Below are positions 1 through 11,244 of a stretch of 44,719 nucleotides of DNA, piece after piece. Where the stretch lies: positions 3,295,844 to 3,340,562 of the forward strand of contig NC_068997.1 of the NCBI RefSeq assembly GCF_001194135.2, given 5' to 3'. This DNA comes from Octopus bimaculoides (lineage: Eukaryota). The number at the start of each line of letters is the position of its first letter. Position 1 is the first letter of the stretch. The notes under the pieces were generated by a model that saw only the letters and a program-made list of their open reading frames with translations, was not told the DNA's origin and made no database searches. A program made the position numbers and the translations under genes.

Positions 1-46
1 TAATATATACTTTTGTTATTTACACCACCTGTCCTCGTCTGTTGTT
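1..46 (+). repeat. Fragment of a dispersed repeat; reverse-complement copy at about 27584-27629
   Basis: taatatatacttttgttatttacaccacctgtcctcgtctgttgtt matches the reverse complement of aacaacagacgaggacaggtggtgtaaataacaaaaggatgtatta with 2 mismatches near the start. Confidence 0.85.
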
Positions 47-63
47 ATTTTTTGTATATTCTC

Positions 64-103
<40 letters not shown>

Positions 104-107
<4 letters not shown>

Positions 108-1279
108 CATCAGCATTTAAGACTAATACTGAAATTGAACTCAACACTGTAAACCGTATCGAAGCAGTTAACCCTCTGGCACTTCAAATAGTCCAATACA
201 ATTTTAACATCATCAACTGGAATCTTATAGAGCTCCAACGCCTGGACAGGAAGACAAGAAAACTACTGACATCTAAATACGTTCATCACCCAAAAGCAGA
301 TGTTGATCGCCTGTACCTTCCTGGAAGTAATGGAGGGAAAGGAAGGATGCAGGTAGGCCTGTGCTATATGACCTCCACAATATCAATGGCCAAGTGCTTT
401 TTTCGTACAGAGGACTGGATGCTGCGACTTGTTTCGCATTCAAACAGACTGCAAAAGAGAACGGGCAGAAGCAAATTAAGGAGCGATGGGGCCAGAAGTC
501 TCTGCATGATCAGTATATACTTCGAAGTCAAAATGCTGATAACCCATCGGTGGCTGAGAAACTCAGGACTGAAAGCAAAGACTGAAGGTTTCATATCGGC
601 AGCACAAGATCAAAGCTTGTATACCAGAAACTACCAGGCTAACTTTCTTCAAAACTGTTCTTACCCAAAATGCAGATTCTGCAATAAATTTAATGAAACA
701 ATAGACCATATCGTCTCGGGATGTCCTGTGCTGACACCAAACGAATATAAAAATCGCCACGATAGCGTAGGACAATATTTACACTGGAAAATATGTAAAC
801 GCCACAAAGCCAACACTCTTGCTTATTGGTATGAACATAATCCTGAGCCAGTCGTTGAAGGTAGAAATGTTACTATCTTCTGAGATTTTCCAGTCAACAC
901 TGACAGAACGATTAGGGCTAATTAACTAGACATTATTAAAGACAGAGAAGATAACACTTGTAGACTAATAGATGTGTTCCCACTGATAAAAGAGATATGG
1001 CATCTTAAACGAGAAATGTTCCTGTTATTGTAGGTGCCCTATGTATGATAAAAAAAAGGGGGGATGTCAGAAACACCTAGATAAAATCCCAGAACCATAT
1101 CTCAGAGAAATCCAAAAGATTGTGCTGACAAGTCCTGCTCACATCCTTAGAAACACGTTATCCAATTAAATGTCTGTGTTGTATTACATGAAGATATTTC
1201 ACTATTGTCCCAGCCACTTTCCTCCCCCAGCTTTCAGTCACTCTGTAGCATCTGTTATCCTTCAATCACTCCAGGACGC

Positions 1280-1283
<4 letters not shown>
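104..1283 (+). mobile_element. 5'-truncated R4/Dong-like non-LTR retrotransposon remnant (RT thumb, CCHC knuckle, restriction-like endonuclease), frameshifted
   Basis: Pieced translation: LDRKTRKLLTS..HHPKADVDRLYLP..GG; GLKAKTEGFISAAQDQSLYTRNYQ; CRFCNKFNETIDHIVSGCPVL..YKNRHDSVGQYLHWKIC; DFPVNTDRTIRAN..DII; AHILRNTLSN* (stop 1167-1169). Followed directly by a (TAA)n tail. Confidence 0.88.
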
Positions 1284-1370
<87 letters not shown>

Positions 1371-1463
1371 TAATAATGATACATCCATCCATCCATCCAT
1401 CCATCCATACATACATACATACATACATACATACATACATACATACATACATACATACATACA
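1284..1463. repeat. Compound microsatellite (TAA)n-(CATC)n-(CATA)n
   Basis: Read directly from the sequence. Confidence 0.97.
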
Positions 1464-1464
1464 T

Positions 1465-2005
1465 GCCCTGATGCAATACCATGCTGTGGATCTCATGGCT
1501 TCTGATCTTAACTGATTGGAAGTATTATCATGTACGTTGTTTTGTCTTGGTATAAAAGATGGGCTACAGTAAATATTCTGTTTATTACCACAGATTTGCT
1601 TGTCAGTTATTTGACCTTAACCAGTTCAACATGTCCCTTAATGGCTGACAATATGTACTCCTCTGATCACAAGCAGAAGTAGTGGGGGAGCATCATAGAC
1701 ATGTGTAGAAAGGAATAATTTGGGGTTTGAATAATTCACCTCTGGAAACATAGCTGTTTCATTCATCATAACTTAAACAAACCATATTCAGGGACCTTTT
1801 GAGCAGGTGGGGCTACCCGACCCGAAGAAAATTCTAACTGGGTCCCACCTGCGAGGTCATGGGCTATTTATCTTGATATAAAATCACCATGTCGCGCACA
1901 TGTACCTGCTGTAGTCTTATCAGACGAATAGATTTGATGGGTATATTGGACTTCGTATAATTGTACCCCAGTGTCACTTTGATGACACGCACTGCTCGCT
2001 CACTC

Positions 2006-2040
<35 letters not shown>
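1465..2040 (+). mobile_element. About 540-bp non-coding interspersed element ending in a (TAA)n tail (probable non-autonomous retroelement)
   Basis: Complex sequence with no ORF, sharply bounded by (CATA)n on the left and ctcactc-(AAT)n on the right. Family identity is inferred, not searched. Confidence 0.5.
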
Positions 2041-2042
<2 letters not shown>

Positions 2043-2099
2043 TATCAGTATGATTATTCTTGGGCTGTATATAAGAATATGGATACACATACACACCTA

Positions 2100-2105
2100 C
2101 ACACA

Positions 2106-2143
<38 letters not shown>

Positions 2144-2167
2144 GACACACAAACAAACACACACACA

Positions 2168-2213
<46 letters not shown>

Positions 2214-2250
2214 CACACACAGACACACACACACATATGTATATATATAT
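2100..2250. repeat. (CA)n microsatellite
   Basis: Read directly; explains ORFs 2050-2256 and 2054-2236. Confidence 0.97.
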
Positions 2251-2544
2251 GAGTAAAGGTAATGACAAGCTAGTTAGGCAAGTCGAGTTGCACAGAATAT
2301 CGATTACATTTAATAGAAAAAATGTACGTGTTTATGGATATTAAATAGTTCAACTTAGAGAATATAAATGAAATTAGGAGTTAAACGGGTAGAGTTTTAC
2401 GAGTCCAGCAGCTGTTTCCAGGAACTTGGTGGTCCGGAATAATAATAGTTACTTGCATCTATTATCGGATAACACCGCCTCAATCTGCAGGGGAGAATTT
2501 TACATTTGAGGTGTTGACAGGATGAAGTTCAATATTCTCCAATG

Positions 2545-3769
2545 TAGGGGTTGGACAAAATAATGGAAACACCTTACATCATAGCATCATAATTTTAAGA
2601 TATCTATAAATCCGTCAAAAGCTTGTTTATTTTCATGTCTTTTGATTTATTATTAGTGTTGTTTAATATGTTTTGCTAAAATTGCTGCTTCTTTTCAGAT
2701 ATCATCAGAAAAAGGTCATTAAAAAGGCAATTCAAATAGGTCAAATTGTTGGTGCTCGTATGGCAGGCGCTAGCGTAATGAAAACAGCCGAAATGCTTGA
2801 TGTATCAAGAAGTACTGACTCGAAAGAAGGAAAAACCTCTTGTCGAAACAAAACTCCGGAAGAAATCCAAACATTTCAGATAGGGACCGTCGGACTCTTA
2901 GGCGAATTGTTAGAAAGGATCACAAAAGTACAGCAGCCAAAATTATTGCAGAGCTTAATGACCTCCTTGAGATCCCAGTTTCCACAAAAACTGTTCGCTA
3001 GGAGCTGCACAGATCCGGAGTTTACGGGAGAGCTGCAATCAGAAAAAACACTAGTTTAAAAAACAATCGCGGCAAGGCGTTTTGAGTGGAGTAAAAACCT
3101 ACAGAATTGGTCCCTACAGCAGTGGAAGAATGTTATTTTCTGGAAGAAGCTATCCTTTACCGTATTTCCGACCACTGGCCGAGTATACGACAGCTAAAAG
3201 AAGCATTTGATCTAGACAGCCTTCTTCCAACAGTTAAACATGGAGGAGGGTCCGTGATGATTTGCTGGGGCTATATCTTAGAAATCTGCCGGCCCAATGG
3301 TTTCCCTTCATCGCAGAATTAATAGTCAAGACTGTTTAAGCATTTTATCTGATCATATTCATCCTATGGTTGCGGAACCGTTTCCAGAGAGAAACGCAAT
3401 CATTCAGGATGATAATGCACCAATTCACACAGCTAAAGCTGTTACTGAACGGCACGAGGAACATTCTAGTGAAGTTGAACATCTTATCTGGCCACCACAG
3501 TCCCCAGATCTCAATATTATTGAACATTTATGGTGCATTTTAGAAAAACAAGTAAGGAGTCGATATACTCCACCATCATCACTACAAGAACTGGAGGCTG
3601 TTTCAGCTGAAGAATGGACAAAAATTCCTTTTGGAAACAATTCAAACTTTGTACGAGTCCAAAGCTCGTAGAATTCAAGCTGTAATTACTGCCAAATGAA
3701 ATCCTACTCCATATTAAAATAAATTTGTTTGTAATTTTATGGTGTTTCCATTATTTTGTCCAAGTCCTG
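2545..3769 (+). mobile_element. Full-length but decayed Tc1/mariner DNA transposon, about 1225 bp, DD36E type (Incomer-like)
   Basis: TIR core ttggacaaaataatggaaacacc (2551-2573) is the exact reverse complement of 3741-3763. TA follows the right end (3770-3771); the left end is mutated (TG-TAGGGG). Confidence 0.93.
2730..3717 (+). pseudogene. Frameshifted Tc1-family transposase
   Basis: GQIVGARMAGASV (HTH region), PTVKHGGGSVMI.WG, QDDNAPIH...WPPQSPDLNIIEHLW. There are 36 residues between the second D and the E. The first catalytic D region is decayed. Confidence 0.92.
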
Positions 3770-4559
3770 TATACATATTGATGAATGGATGGGAAAGTTT
3801 TATTTACAAAATATGTTTATCCTAACGAGGGAGAGGGAGGGAGAGAGTGAGAGAGAGAGTGAGAGAGAGAAGAGAGAGAGAAGGAGAGAGAAGGCGTCGG
3901 TGAACGTAATACCTTTATAGGGTAAGAATTTTATTTTGTGTAGTAGAAAAGTCCACAGATCACAATGAACAATAGTCTTAAACCGTTGAATTCCAACCGG
4001 ATTGAAAATAGAATATCTTTAAAGTATATTAAACTATATAAAATATATTGACCCTTTCACTGCCCGAGATATATATACTCATATATATATATTCACCTAT
4101 ATATATATATTCACCTATATATATATTATATAACAAGAATGCCGAGAAGACAGCCAGTATGATGTTGGAATGTCTTTTAGTCGGTCATTAATAGAATACA
4201 ATGGATTTGGCGCGACAATTACAATTGTCAGTCTCAATATTCCTGCTTAAAGGAAGCAATTTTCTCCTACATTCTTGAACAAAACAGGAATTAGCAATTT
4301 CCGGTGACGTCACTTCGTTCTTAGCGACTAGCAGAGAAATTCTGTATGCAAAATGAATGGTTGGCATAATTGGTTGCTTCAGAGAGTTAAATGTATATTA
4401 GCTGTGTGGAATGGTGCATTGTGCAGAAAATTGTTTATTCTAATAGGGAGCAGAGAAAACTTTTATAGAACATATATTCCTACTCTATCTTCACCTTTCT
4501 TCCATTTTCTTTTTATTGTCTATTTTACCAAGTCATGTATTATAATTATACTTCTGGAA

Positions 4560-4625
4560 AGTTATATATATATGTGTGTGTGTGTGTGTATGTATGTGTG
4601 TATATATATATGGCCATATATATAC

Positions 4626-4659
<34 letters not shown>

Positions 4660-4672
4660 ACATATATATGTA

Positions 4673-4747
<75 letters not shown>

Positions 4748-4786
4748 GTATATATACACGTATAAGGATGTATGGATGCATGTGTG

Positions 4787-4824
<38 letters not shown>

Positions 4825-5170
4825 TTTATATATATCCATGCATATATATGTATACACACACACACATATATATGTATAAATATATAGATATGTGTGTGTA
4901 TGTATATATATATATATGCATATATATATATATGTATAAATATATATATATATATGTGTGTGTATGTATGTATATATACTATGGCGCACACACACGCGGC
5001 GCGCGTGCACACATATATGCATATACGTATGTGGGGAGGGAGAGAGAGAGAAAGAGAGAGTATGTGTGAAAGAGAGTAAGAGAGGGTTTTATACGTATAT
5101 TGATAGGTAAATAGAAAGATATAGGTAAATATATACTTATACAGAGACACGCACGCACACACATATTATA
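4560..5170. repeat. Compound (TA)n/(TG)n/(GA)n low-complexity block
   Basis: Read directly; explains the stacked ORFs at 4353-5164. Confidence 0.96.
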
Positions 5171-5349
5171 TATAAAGGCATTTACGTCTGTATTTATTTA
5201 AGCCGGTATATATGTATAGGCATTACGACTTAAATACTGATCTCTGTGTGGTTTGATGGCCAATTTTGTATTCAGTTCATTTGAATGCCTTTCAAATCTG
5301 CGTGACTGAGAAAGCAAAACACATACACACAGACACACACAAACACACA

Positions 5350-5384
<35 letters not shown>

Positions 5385-5433
5385 AAATGCACTCACACAC
5401 ACACTCAAACGCACTCACACACACACACACACA

Positions 5434-5468
<35 letters not shown>

Positions 5469-5579
5469 TAAACGTGAACGAACTCTACTGGTTTAGAAGG
5501 AATAAATTTCAACTCCTCGCCATTCTTGCGTTTAACTGCAGGAAATAATATGGCAAATTACATATACATTTGTGTGTGC

Positions 5580-5630
<51 letters not shown>

Positions 5631-5914
5631 CACGTGTGCGTGTGCACGTGTGCGTGTGCACGTGTGCGCGTGAGTGCGTGCGTCAAGCATTTATAGAGAT
5701 TCAGTGTTAGACAACTAAATAGCTAGCGTAGGGTTTAGATTTATATAGCCATGGCAACTTAAGATGGCGGAGTGTTGAGTATTACGACATTCCATAAAGT
5801 GTTAGCAACAACTGCTGACGGAAGACGTTCATATATTGGTAATGGTTCCCCTTTCCTTCTAACTAATCATGCAAGAGACATGTGTGTGTGTATGTAGGTA
5901 CTTATGTATGTATA

Positions 5915-5957
<43 letters not shown>

Positions 5958-6849
5958 ACACACATACATGTAAGCACACACACACACACTCGCACACACA
6001 CATACGCATATATATATAATGTATGTATGTTTATACGTATGTATGTATCGTTCGCTTGATCGATCTATCTATCTCTCTACCTCTATGTCCTATTGAATCA
6101 TCAATGATGGGTGTGTTTTTGTGCGTGTGTGTGAGTAAGTTTGTTGTGCATTAATCGATAATCAGTCGCCTGGCAAAATATATTTTGTCGATTATAGATT
6201 AAACGTTTATTCACTTTCAGACTTACCTGTGAGTTCTTTATTCTAAATGCCCTGACATACCTTCTTTGAACATGTCCACTCTGTAATATATAAATGTATA
6301 CATATGCACACACATATATATATGTATGTATATATGCATTTATACATATGTGTGTGTGTTTGTGTGTGTGTGTGTCTGTGTCTGTGTGTCTATGTATCTA
6401 TATATATGCATATACATATAAGTGAATTTAAAATATAAGAACTTACTAGAAGCAACATTAACTATATGGATCAAGCGAATTTTTTTCTTTTTATTCGTTT
6501 TATCTTTTGTATACATACACACACATACACACACACAAACACACACACACACACATGAGTGTGTGTGTGTTTGTGTGTGTGTACGCATAAGAGTGTGTGT
6601 GTCCAAAACGAGAGAGACTACAATAAGACTGAAGGGAAATAACTCGGGTGACGGTTCTATATGTATAATACCCATACATTGCACTTCTGTCTCATTTAAG
6701 TAACATAACCTGTTGAAAAACTTAGAGTGACTCAGAATATCCAAGCAATTCAAAGTCAAAACATCCCTTTAAGTGTGTTTAAAAGGTAAAAACGATTGCT
6801 AGAAACAGCATTATATTATGTATATATTTTTGATTTTGTTTTTATTCAT

Positions 6850-7025
6850 GTTTTAACCTTGTACTTGTTTCAATTATTGAACGGTAGCCATGCGGAGGTA
6901 CCACCTTGAATGGTTTTAGTCGAACAAATTGACCCCATCACTTATTTGATAAAGCTTAGTACTTATTCTATCAGTCAATTCTACCGAACCATAAAGTTAC
7001 GCTGTGGGATGCAGCTACAAAAACG

Positions 7026-7071
<46 letters not shown>

Positions 7072-7241
7072 TACATATAGATATATATGTACATATAAGT
7101 ATACGACGTGCTTCTTTCAGTTTCCGTCCACCACATCCAATCATAAGTCTTTGATCGACCCGGGATTATAATAGAAGACTGAACCCAAACCCATGTGGCT
7201 AGGAAGCAAACTTCTAACATAGACAACCATACCTGCGCCTA
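6850..7241 (-). mobile_element. SINE family A (tRNA-type head, CORE-like segment, internal microsatellite), diverged near-full copy
   Basis: Reverse-complement similarity to 21919-22297: cttctttcagtttccgtc.acca.atcca..ca.aag.cttt, internal (CA)n, and tacttgtttcaatta at the 3' end. Confidence 0.75.
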
Positions 7242-7599
7242 TTTATTTATCTACTTTTTTATATATTTATTTATTTAGAAAATAAAATTGATGAAAGTTT
7301 ATGCGTCGTATTGTATGTAGAGATCAATGTTGAATCTGTTAGTTGAGCAAAGCATTTTGCAGTGCTTGTATAAACATAATCTTTACACTCGATGCTGTAT
7401 ATTGTATTACCGCATCACGCAGGAATCATTTTCACAAGGGTTTTTTTTTTTCTGATTCCTATTATTTTAACAAAGTCCAAATTTAATTTTACTTTATGTA
7501 CCCTCAGCTCAATTTATATTTACATCACTGCTAGCCTTGTTGATATATCATGAAGCTTTCTCCATACATTAATATGGCGGTTTGCCATTACATTTTCCG

Positions 7600-7755
7600 G
7601 TTTTCAACAGCAATTACATTTGGTCGTATTGGTCGAGTGTTCATAAAGCGATAGAAGAGACATTTCCTCAAGGTACAGCGCAGTGGTATCGAAATTAAAA
7701 GCATGTAGATAAGAAGCAAACATAATCCTAACTAGATAACCATACTTTTGCCTAC
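7600..7755 (-). mobile_element. SINE family A, 5' fragment (old)
   Basis: agacatttcctcaaggtacagcgcagtgg..aagcaaac matches the reverse complement of the family A head. Confidence 0.6.
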
Positions 7756-8096
7756 TCACAATATATACAGTTGGCTTTCACATACTGGGTTGAAGTGCGT
7801 TACTTTCATCAGTTGACTTTAAAGACAAGATTCGCTTCAATCTGCATTGTCAATATCGCCTAAACTATTTCAATCAACTGATCTGAAAGGTGTTATCTCC
7901 CATAGTTCATGCTTCCAGATTTAAATCACCCTTAGAGAGAGTTGCTTTATCTCTTTGGATATTTCCACTTCATTGAAGTTATTCAACGTATTACTTTATT
8001 TATGTTTGACCTTGTGGTATTCGTATTTCGGAAACAGAACGCTCTCCTGAGGTATTTTACTTCAACTATATGATTGGGATTCATGAGTATTACAAT

Positions 8097-8160
<64 letters not shown>

Positions 8161-8347
8161 TAAACAATATTAAATAATGCTTCGCTTAGGTCTAATAAAA
8201 GTCCATACCTTTTTTTTTTAACTTTTGAGATCAAATCTATTCTAATCATTATATCTCTTATGTATGTTATATAGTATGCTCCTCTGTGGTATTTTCTCCT
8301 TGCCATATTGTTGTCAAACGATATAGAATATAACTATATGCATATAA

Positions 8348-8380
<33 letters not shown>

Positions 8381-8931
8381 TTTATGTTCCAAACGGCTAG
8401 AATCAATGCTATTCAATTAGAATATATTTTTTCTTTCTAATTGTATGAATATTCATGGTGAACATAATTATTATTTCTTGCACTAGAATGTTAACCCTAA
8501 CTGAACTATGTACTGTTGTTGTACTTGCTAAATGCCACAAACCCTCTGATCTACTCTCTTTCTTCTTGATGCACCAGGATAAAGAAAAATGTGATTCTAG
8601 GAGACTATATCACCGAAGATATTCTTCCCTTTATTAGAGGAAAGAGTGTGAGTCAAGAGAGATTTAGATTTTGCTTCTTGCAGATCAGCTATCAAGTACA
8701 GGATCTCTCATTGGCTTCACAGAATCAATCTATTTTAAACAAAGATGCTGTGGTGTTTATACCTTTTCCAATAATGTTTATGTAATAAGTGGAGAGATAC
8801 ATTTCTGGTACTAACCGTAAAAACAATATAAAACCTTTTTTAAAAATTGTAATGGCATAAATATTTCTTTAATTTACTGACAAGTCGTTCGCATCAAGTA
8901 TATGACTGGTTTTGTTTCAGGGTGGGAAAAA

Positions 8932-9147
8932 ACAGTGAGCTGGCAGAAACAGTTTCGTGTCGGAAAGCGTGTTCTGCAGCGTTTCTTGAAGCATTACGTT
9001 TTGAGTTCAAATGCCGCTGATGCCAACTTTGCCTGTCATCCTTTTGGGGTAGATAAAATACGTATCAGCTGAACACTGGGGCCGATGTAATTGATTTGCA
9101 CATTCCACACAAAAATGTCAGGCCTCGTTCCAAGAGCAGGAAGAATT
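8932..9147 (+). mobile_element. SINE family B (tRNA-derived head, conserved central tttcatccttt.ggggtcgataaa domain), first of a tandem pair
   Basis: gagctggcagaa head, gagttcaaat B-box-like motif, ctttgcctgtcatccttttggggtagataaaata, actggggccgatgtaat. Confidence 0.8.
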
Positions 9148-9201
9148 ACCTCTTTGAGAGACAATTTGTAAAGGATATCGTTTTAATATTGGTTTTAAAG
9201 T

Positions 9202-9420
9202 AAGGCGGTGAGCTGGCAGAAATGTTAGCACGCCAGGCGAAATACTTAGCGGTATTTCGTCTGCCGTTACGTTCTGAGTCCAATTTCCGCCGAGGTTGAC
9301 TTTGCCTTTCATCCTTTCGAGGTCGATAAATTAAGAACCATTTGGGAACTGGAGTCGATCTAATCGACTGGCCCCCTCCCCCAAAATTTTGAGCCTTATG
9401 CCTAGAGTAGAAAAGAAAAA
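9202..9420 (+). mobile_element. SINE family B, second of the tandem pair (well preserved)
   Basis: ggcggtgagctggcagaaatgttagcacgccaggcgaaatacttagcggtatttcg...gactttgcctttcatcctttcgaggtcgataaatta. Confidence 0.88.
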
Positions 9421-9713
9421 CATATTGGTTTCAAAGTTTGGTACAACGTCAGCAAGTTGGAGGGAGGTGTTAAGTCGATTACACCGCCCTATTGTTCAAC
9501 TTGTACTCATTGTAACCAGAAGAGAAGGCAGTGCCCATAATCTCTTTATAAGGCCTCTGAGACTAGTAGAAGAGAGGGTAAGAAGGAGATATCCTCAGAC
9601 ATGGCCTCAAATGTTTGCAACAGAGTGGAATCTACAAAAGGTACCCGAGGTGCTACATGGTGGCGTTTCACTGGGTGATGGATTAAATCTGCTAACTCAA
9701 GTAGTGACAGTAA

Positions 9714-9754
<41 letters not shown>

Positions 9755-9766
9755 ATAATAATAATG

Positions 9767-9816
<50 letters not shown>

Positions 9817-9818
<2 letters not shown>

Positions 9819-10137
9819 TGAAAACTCGAGAGATATGAGTCTAGCTTGGGAAGTTAAGCAGTAGTGGGGTCGATGAAACGGATAGCAGTAGTACCAATAA
9901 TTGTCGGAGCCCTGGGAACAGTGAGCAAAAATCTCGAGAAGTACGTGGAACAAATAGGGGCTGCACTAATGGTGGGTCACTTGCAGAAAACAGCACTGCT
10001 TGGAACCACTTGAATACTCCGGAAGGTACTCGAAAAATAAGAGGTGTTACCTTAGTTCACTGGTAGTGAACAGCTGACACTGTAGTACATCTCCAGCGTT
10101 AGAAGCTGCGCAATGCAATAATAATAATAATAATAAT
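9817..10137 (+). mobile_element. Short 3'-terminal fragment of a second R4/Dong-like element embedded in (TAA)n
   Basis: LAWEVKQ*W / MKRIAVVPIIVGALGTVSKNLEKYVEQIG....HLQKTALLGTT*ILRKVLEK*, then a short UTR and an (AAT)n tail. A (TAG)n/(TAA)n array lies directly upstream (9705-9816). Confidence 0.82.
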
Positions 10138-10139
10138 AC

Positions 10140-10335
10140 TGGTTTCACAGTTTAGCTCAAGGGTAAGAATTTCAAGGGAGAGGATAAGTCGATTGCATTG
10201 ATCTAAGTACTCATTTTAGTGACTCTGAAAGGATGAAAGTCAAAGTAGATCCCAGTGAAATTTGAACTCAGAAAGTGTAAGGGGGCGAAATTCCGCTGAG
10301 CATGTCGCCCGGCGTGCTAGTGATTCTGCCAGCTC
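10140..10335 (-). mobile_element. SINE family B copy
   Basis: aaaggatgaaagtcaaagt..atttgaactcaga..cccggcgtgcta.tgattctgccagctc is the reverse complement of the family B head and core. Confidence 0.8.
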
Positions 10336-11129
10336 TCTGTCCTGGAGATGCTATTAATATTTGAACTTAAAACATAAAGCAAATCTTCTAAGCTGTGTAG
10401 CCATGCTGCGTTACCATATCTGGCAATACATGACATTAAATATTGGTGAAATAATGGCAGTATCGTAAAATAAGTTTGTAATTATGCAAATATAGACTTT
10501 AGTTAAGATTTAGGCACTTCCAGTCGCTAACAGAGGGATTTATATATTCAAGAGTACATAGTCATTAATGGCAAACAAGATATTTGCTAACCCGTCATAA
10601 AATACCTTAATCTTGTGTGGTGCGAACAATATGGAAGTAATATCTGTCCAAATTCTAAGCATTCTCAATATAATTTATGCCTACACTAGAATAATCAAGT
10701 AAATAAATAAATAACAGATAGGAAAAAGAAATCTAGGAAACAGAATGCAAACAGTGTCAGCGCTCCTTAGAACCGAAGCAGTTCCATAAAGAATATAACA
10801 TACTTTTCTTCCATGGCAACATATTAACTGGAAAAAAGAAATTTGGCAATAAACCTCCGAGTTCTCATGAAAAATTGTTCTGTCAATAAAGCGGTTAAAT
10901 AGTTCACGGCTGCTGCTGTTATTGTTGTTGTTGTTGTTGTTTTTGTTGTTGCTGTTGTTGCTGTTGCAGTAGCAGCAGCAGTTTTTTAGCATGAGATCAG
11001 CCCTGATGAAGCAACAAGCAGACTTTTATTCAAAGGTTTAACAATTGTAACTTCCTTCTCTTTTAGTTTTTTTTTTTCAGGTGTAATAATACATCTAGGA
11101 CTATGTTACATAATCTTTTATCTTTAATA

Positions 11130-11235
11130 TTTTACTTGTTTCAATCACTAGACTGCGGCCATGCTGGATAATTGCCTTGAAATTTTTGTCGAATGAAACG
11201 ACCCCAGTACTTACATTTTTATAAGTCTGGCATTT
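11130..11235 (-). mobile_element. SINE family A, 3' fragment abutting the truncated LINE end
   Basis: ttttacttgtttcaatcactagactgcggccatgctgga...cgaccccagtactta matches the reverse complement of the family A 3' half. Confidence 0.7.
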
Positions 11236-11244
11236 GCTGCAAAA

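Noticed and set aside
5470-5537. Minus-strand acceptor followed by xKRKNGEELKFIPSKPVEF
   Set aside because: There is no convincing donor, and the frame runs into a TG array.
8932-9420. tRNA-like A/B boxes (gagttcaaat) here and in other copies
   Set aside because: They are SINE heads; no complete cloverleaf was found.
10995-11030. ccCTGATGAagcaacaagcagac, a hammerhead-like start
   Set aside because: There is no intact GAAA and no stem I or III could be built.
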